Assembly (NCBI RefSeq): GCF_042660085.1
Contig: NZ_JBHSTI010000008.1
Span: 870,001 to 902,000, forward strand
DNA: 32,000 bases
Origin: Longivirga aurantiaca
GTDB lineage: Bacteria; Actinomycetota; Actinomycetes; S36-B12; CAIYMF01
Reading direction: 5' to 3'
A program made the translations under genes and the position numbers. Of the stretch, positions 30,944-32,000 are shown piece by piece; position 1 is the first letter of the stretch; every line of letters starts with the position of its first letter. The notes below the pieces were generated by a model. It searched no databases and was not told the origin of the DNA. It was given only the letters and a program-made list of their open reading frames with translations.

Positions 30944-31897
30944 ATGGCCGTCGTCACCATGAAGCAGCTGCTCGAGAGCGGCGTGCACTTCGGGCACCAG
31001 ACCCGCCGTTGGAACCCGAAGATGAAGCGGTTCATCTTCAACGAGCGCAACGGCATCTACATCATCGACCTGCAGCAGTCGCTGACGTACATCGACCGCG
31101 CCTACGAGTTCGTGCGCGAGACCGTGTCGCACGGCGGCTCGATCATGTTCATCGGCACCAAGCGCCAGGCGCAGGAGCCGGTAGCCCAGCAGGCGACCCG
31201 CGTGGGCATGCCCTACGTCAACCAGCGCTGGCTCGGCGGCATGCTCACCAACTTCTCGACCGTCTTCAAGCGCATCCAGCGCCTGAAGGAGCTCGAGCTC
31301 ATCGACTACGACGACGTCGCCGGCTCCGGTCTCACCAAGAAGGAGCTCCTCGTCCTGCGTCGCGAGAAGGACAAGCTGGAGAAGACCCTCGGCGGCATCC
31401 GCGACATGACGAAGGTCCCCTCCGCGGTGTGGATCGTCGACACCAACAAGGAGCACATCGCCGTCGCCGAGGCCAAGAAGCTCGGCATCCCGGTCGTGGC
31501 GATCCTCGACTCGAACTGCGACCCCGACGTCGTCGACTTCCCGATCCCCGGCAACGACGACGCCATCCGCGCCGTCGCGCTGCTCACCCGCGTGATCGCC
31601 GACGCCGTCGCCGACGGCCTCATGGCCCGCGCCGGCCGTGGCGGTGCCGTGGCTGAGGCTGCGGCCGCCGAGGGCGTCGTCGCCGTCGACGAGCCGCTGG
31701 CCGACTGGGAGACCGCGCTGCTCACGGGCGCCGACGCCGAGGCTGCCGCCCCGGCTGAGGCTGCTGCCGAGGCTCCCGCCGAGGTCGTCGCCGAGGTCGT
31801 CGCCGAGGCTCCGGCCGAGGTTGCCGCCGAGGCTCCCGCCGAGGTTGCTGCCGAGGTCGTGGCCGAGACCACCGAGGCCCCGGCCGAGCAGGCCTGA
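30944..31897 (+). CDS. rpsB: 30S ribosomal protein S2 with Ala/Glu/Pro/Val-rich C-terminal extension
   Basis: [57 protein letters not shown]...; AAGAAGGAG upstream. ORF-track start at 29570 is spurious. Confidence 0.97.
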   Translation: MAVVTMKQLLESGVHFGHQTRRWNPKMKRFIFNERNGIYIIDLQQSLTYIDRAYEFVRETVSHGGSIMFIGTKRQAQEPVAQQATRVGMPYVNQRWLGGMLTNFSTVFKRIQRLKELELIDYDDVAGSGLTKKELLVLRREKDKLEKTLGGIRDMTKVPSAVWIVDTNKEHIAVAEAKKLGIPVVAILDSNCDPDVVDFPIPGNDDAIRAVALLTRVIADAVADGLMARAGRGGAVAEAAAAEGVVAVDEPLADWETALLTGADAEAAAPAEAAAEAPAEVVAEVVAEAPAEVAAEAPAEVAAEVVAETTEAPAEQA

Positions 31898-31900
31898 CGA

Positions 31901-31922
31901 GCGCGCGGCCGACGCCGCGCGC
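31901..31922 (+). other. Hairpin immediately after rpsB
   Basis: GCGCGCGGC-cgac-GCCGCGCGC: perfect 9-bp stem. Confidence 0.5.
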
Positions 31923-31937
31923 CCCGCACGATCCGGC

Positions 31938-31978
31938 CTGCGGCCTGGGTCCGCCTCACCGGCGGACCCGGGCCGCAG
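31938..31978 (+). terminator. Long terminator/attenuator-like hairpin downstream of rpsB
   Basis: CTGCGGCCTGGGTCCGCC-tcacc-GGCGGACCCGGGCCGCAG: 18-bp stem with one G-U pair, no obvious U-tract. Confidence 0.7.
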
Positions 31979-32000
31979 CCGTGAGACTCACCGATTCGAC

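Overview
This is a very GC-rich, gene-dense stretch of chromosome that looks actinobacterial, probably Micrococcales-like (inference). Almost all of it is a long co-oriented housekeeping block with the order coaD(3' end)-sepIVA-like-yceD-rpmF-ACP-rnc-mutM-acyP-small ORF-smc-ftsY-amphi-Trp ORF-amtB-glnK-glnD-ffh-rpsP-khpA-rimM-trmD-rplS-lepB-lepB-NUDIX-NUDIX-rnhB-pirin-DUF2469-yraN-yifB/comM-dprA-xerC-whiG-like sigma. Two minus-strand genes follow (PQQ-type sugar dehydrogenase lipoprotein and M23 peptidase), then rpsB. I found no CRISPR array, transposon, prophage, toxin-antitoxin or defence cluster, and no novel multi-gene system is evident. The observations worth following up are mostly non-coding: (1) a 62-bp tandem duplication with flanking inverted repeats between smc and ftsY; (2) an rplS leader with several nested helices and an alternative 10-nt pairing that reaches the Shine-Dalgarno; (3) a shared promoter architecture in front of rpsP, rplS, rpsB and yceD/rpmF; (4) a GlnR-like box and a 9-bp hairpin upstream of amtB; (5) a probable CTG start for yceD; (6) Ala/Glu/Pro/Val-rich C-terminal tails on both S16 and S2 that share an 18-nt motif. 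Minus-strand ORFs opposite the coding genes are treated as GC-driven artefacts.
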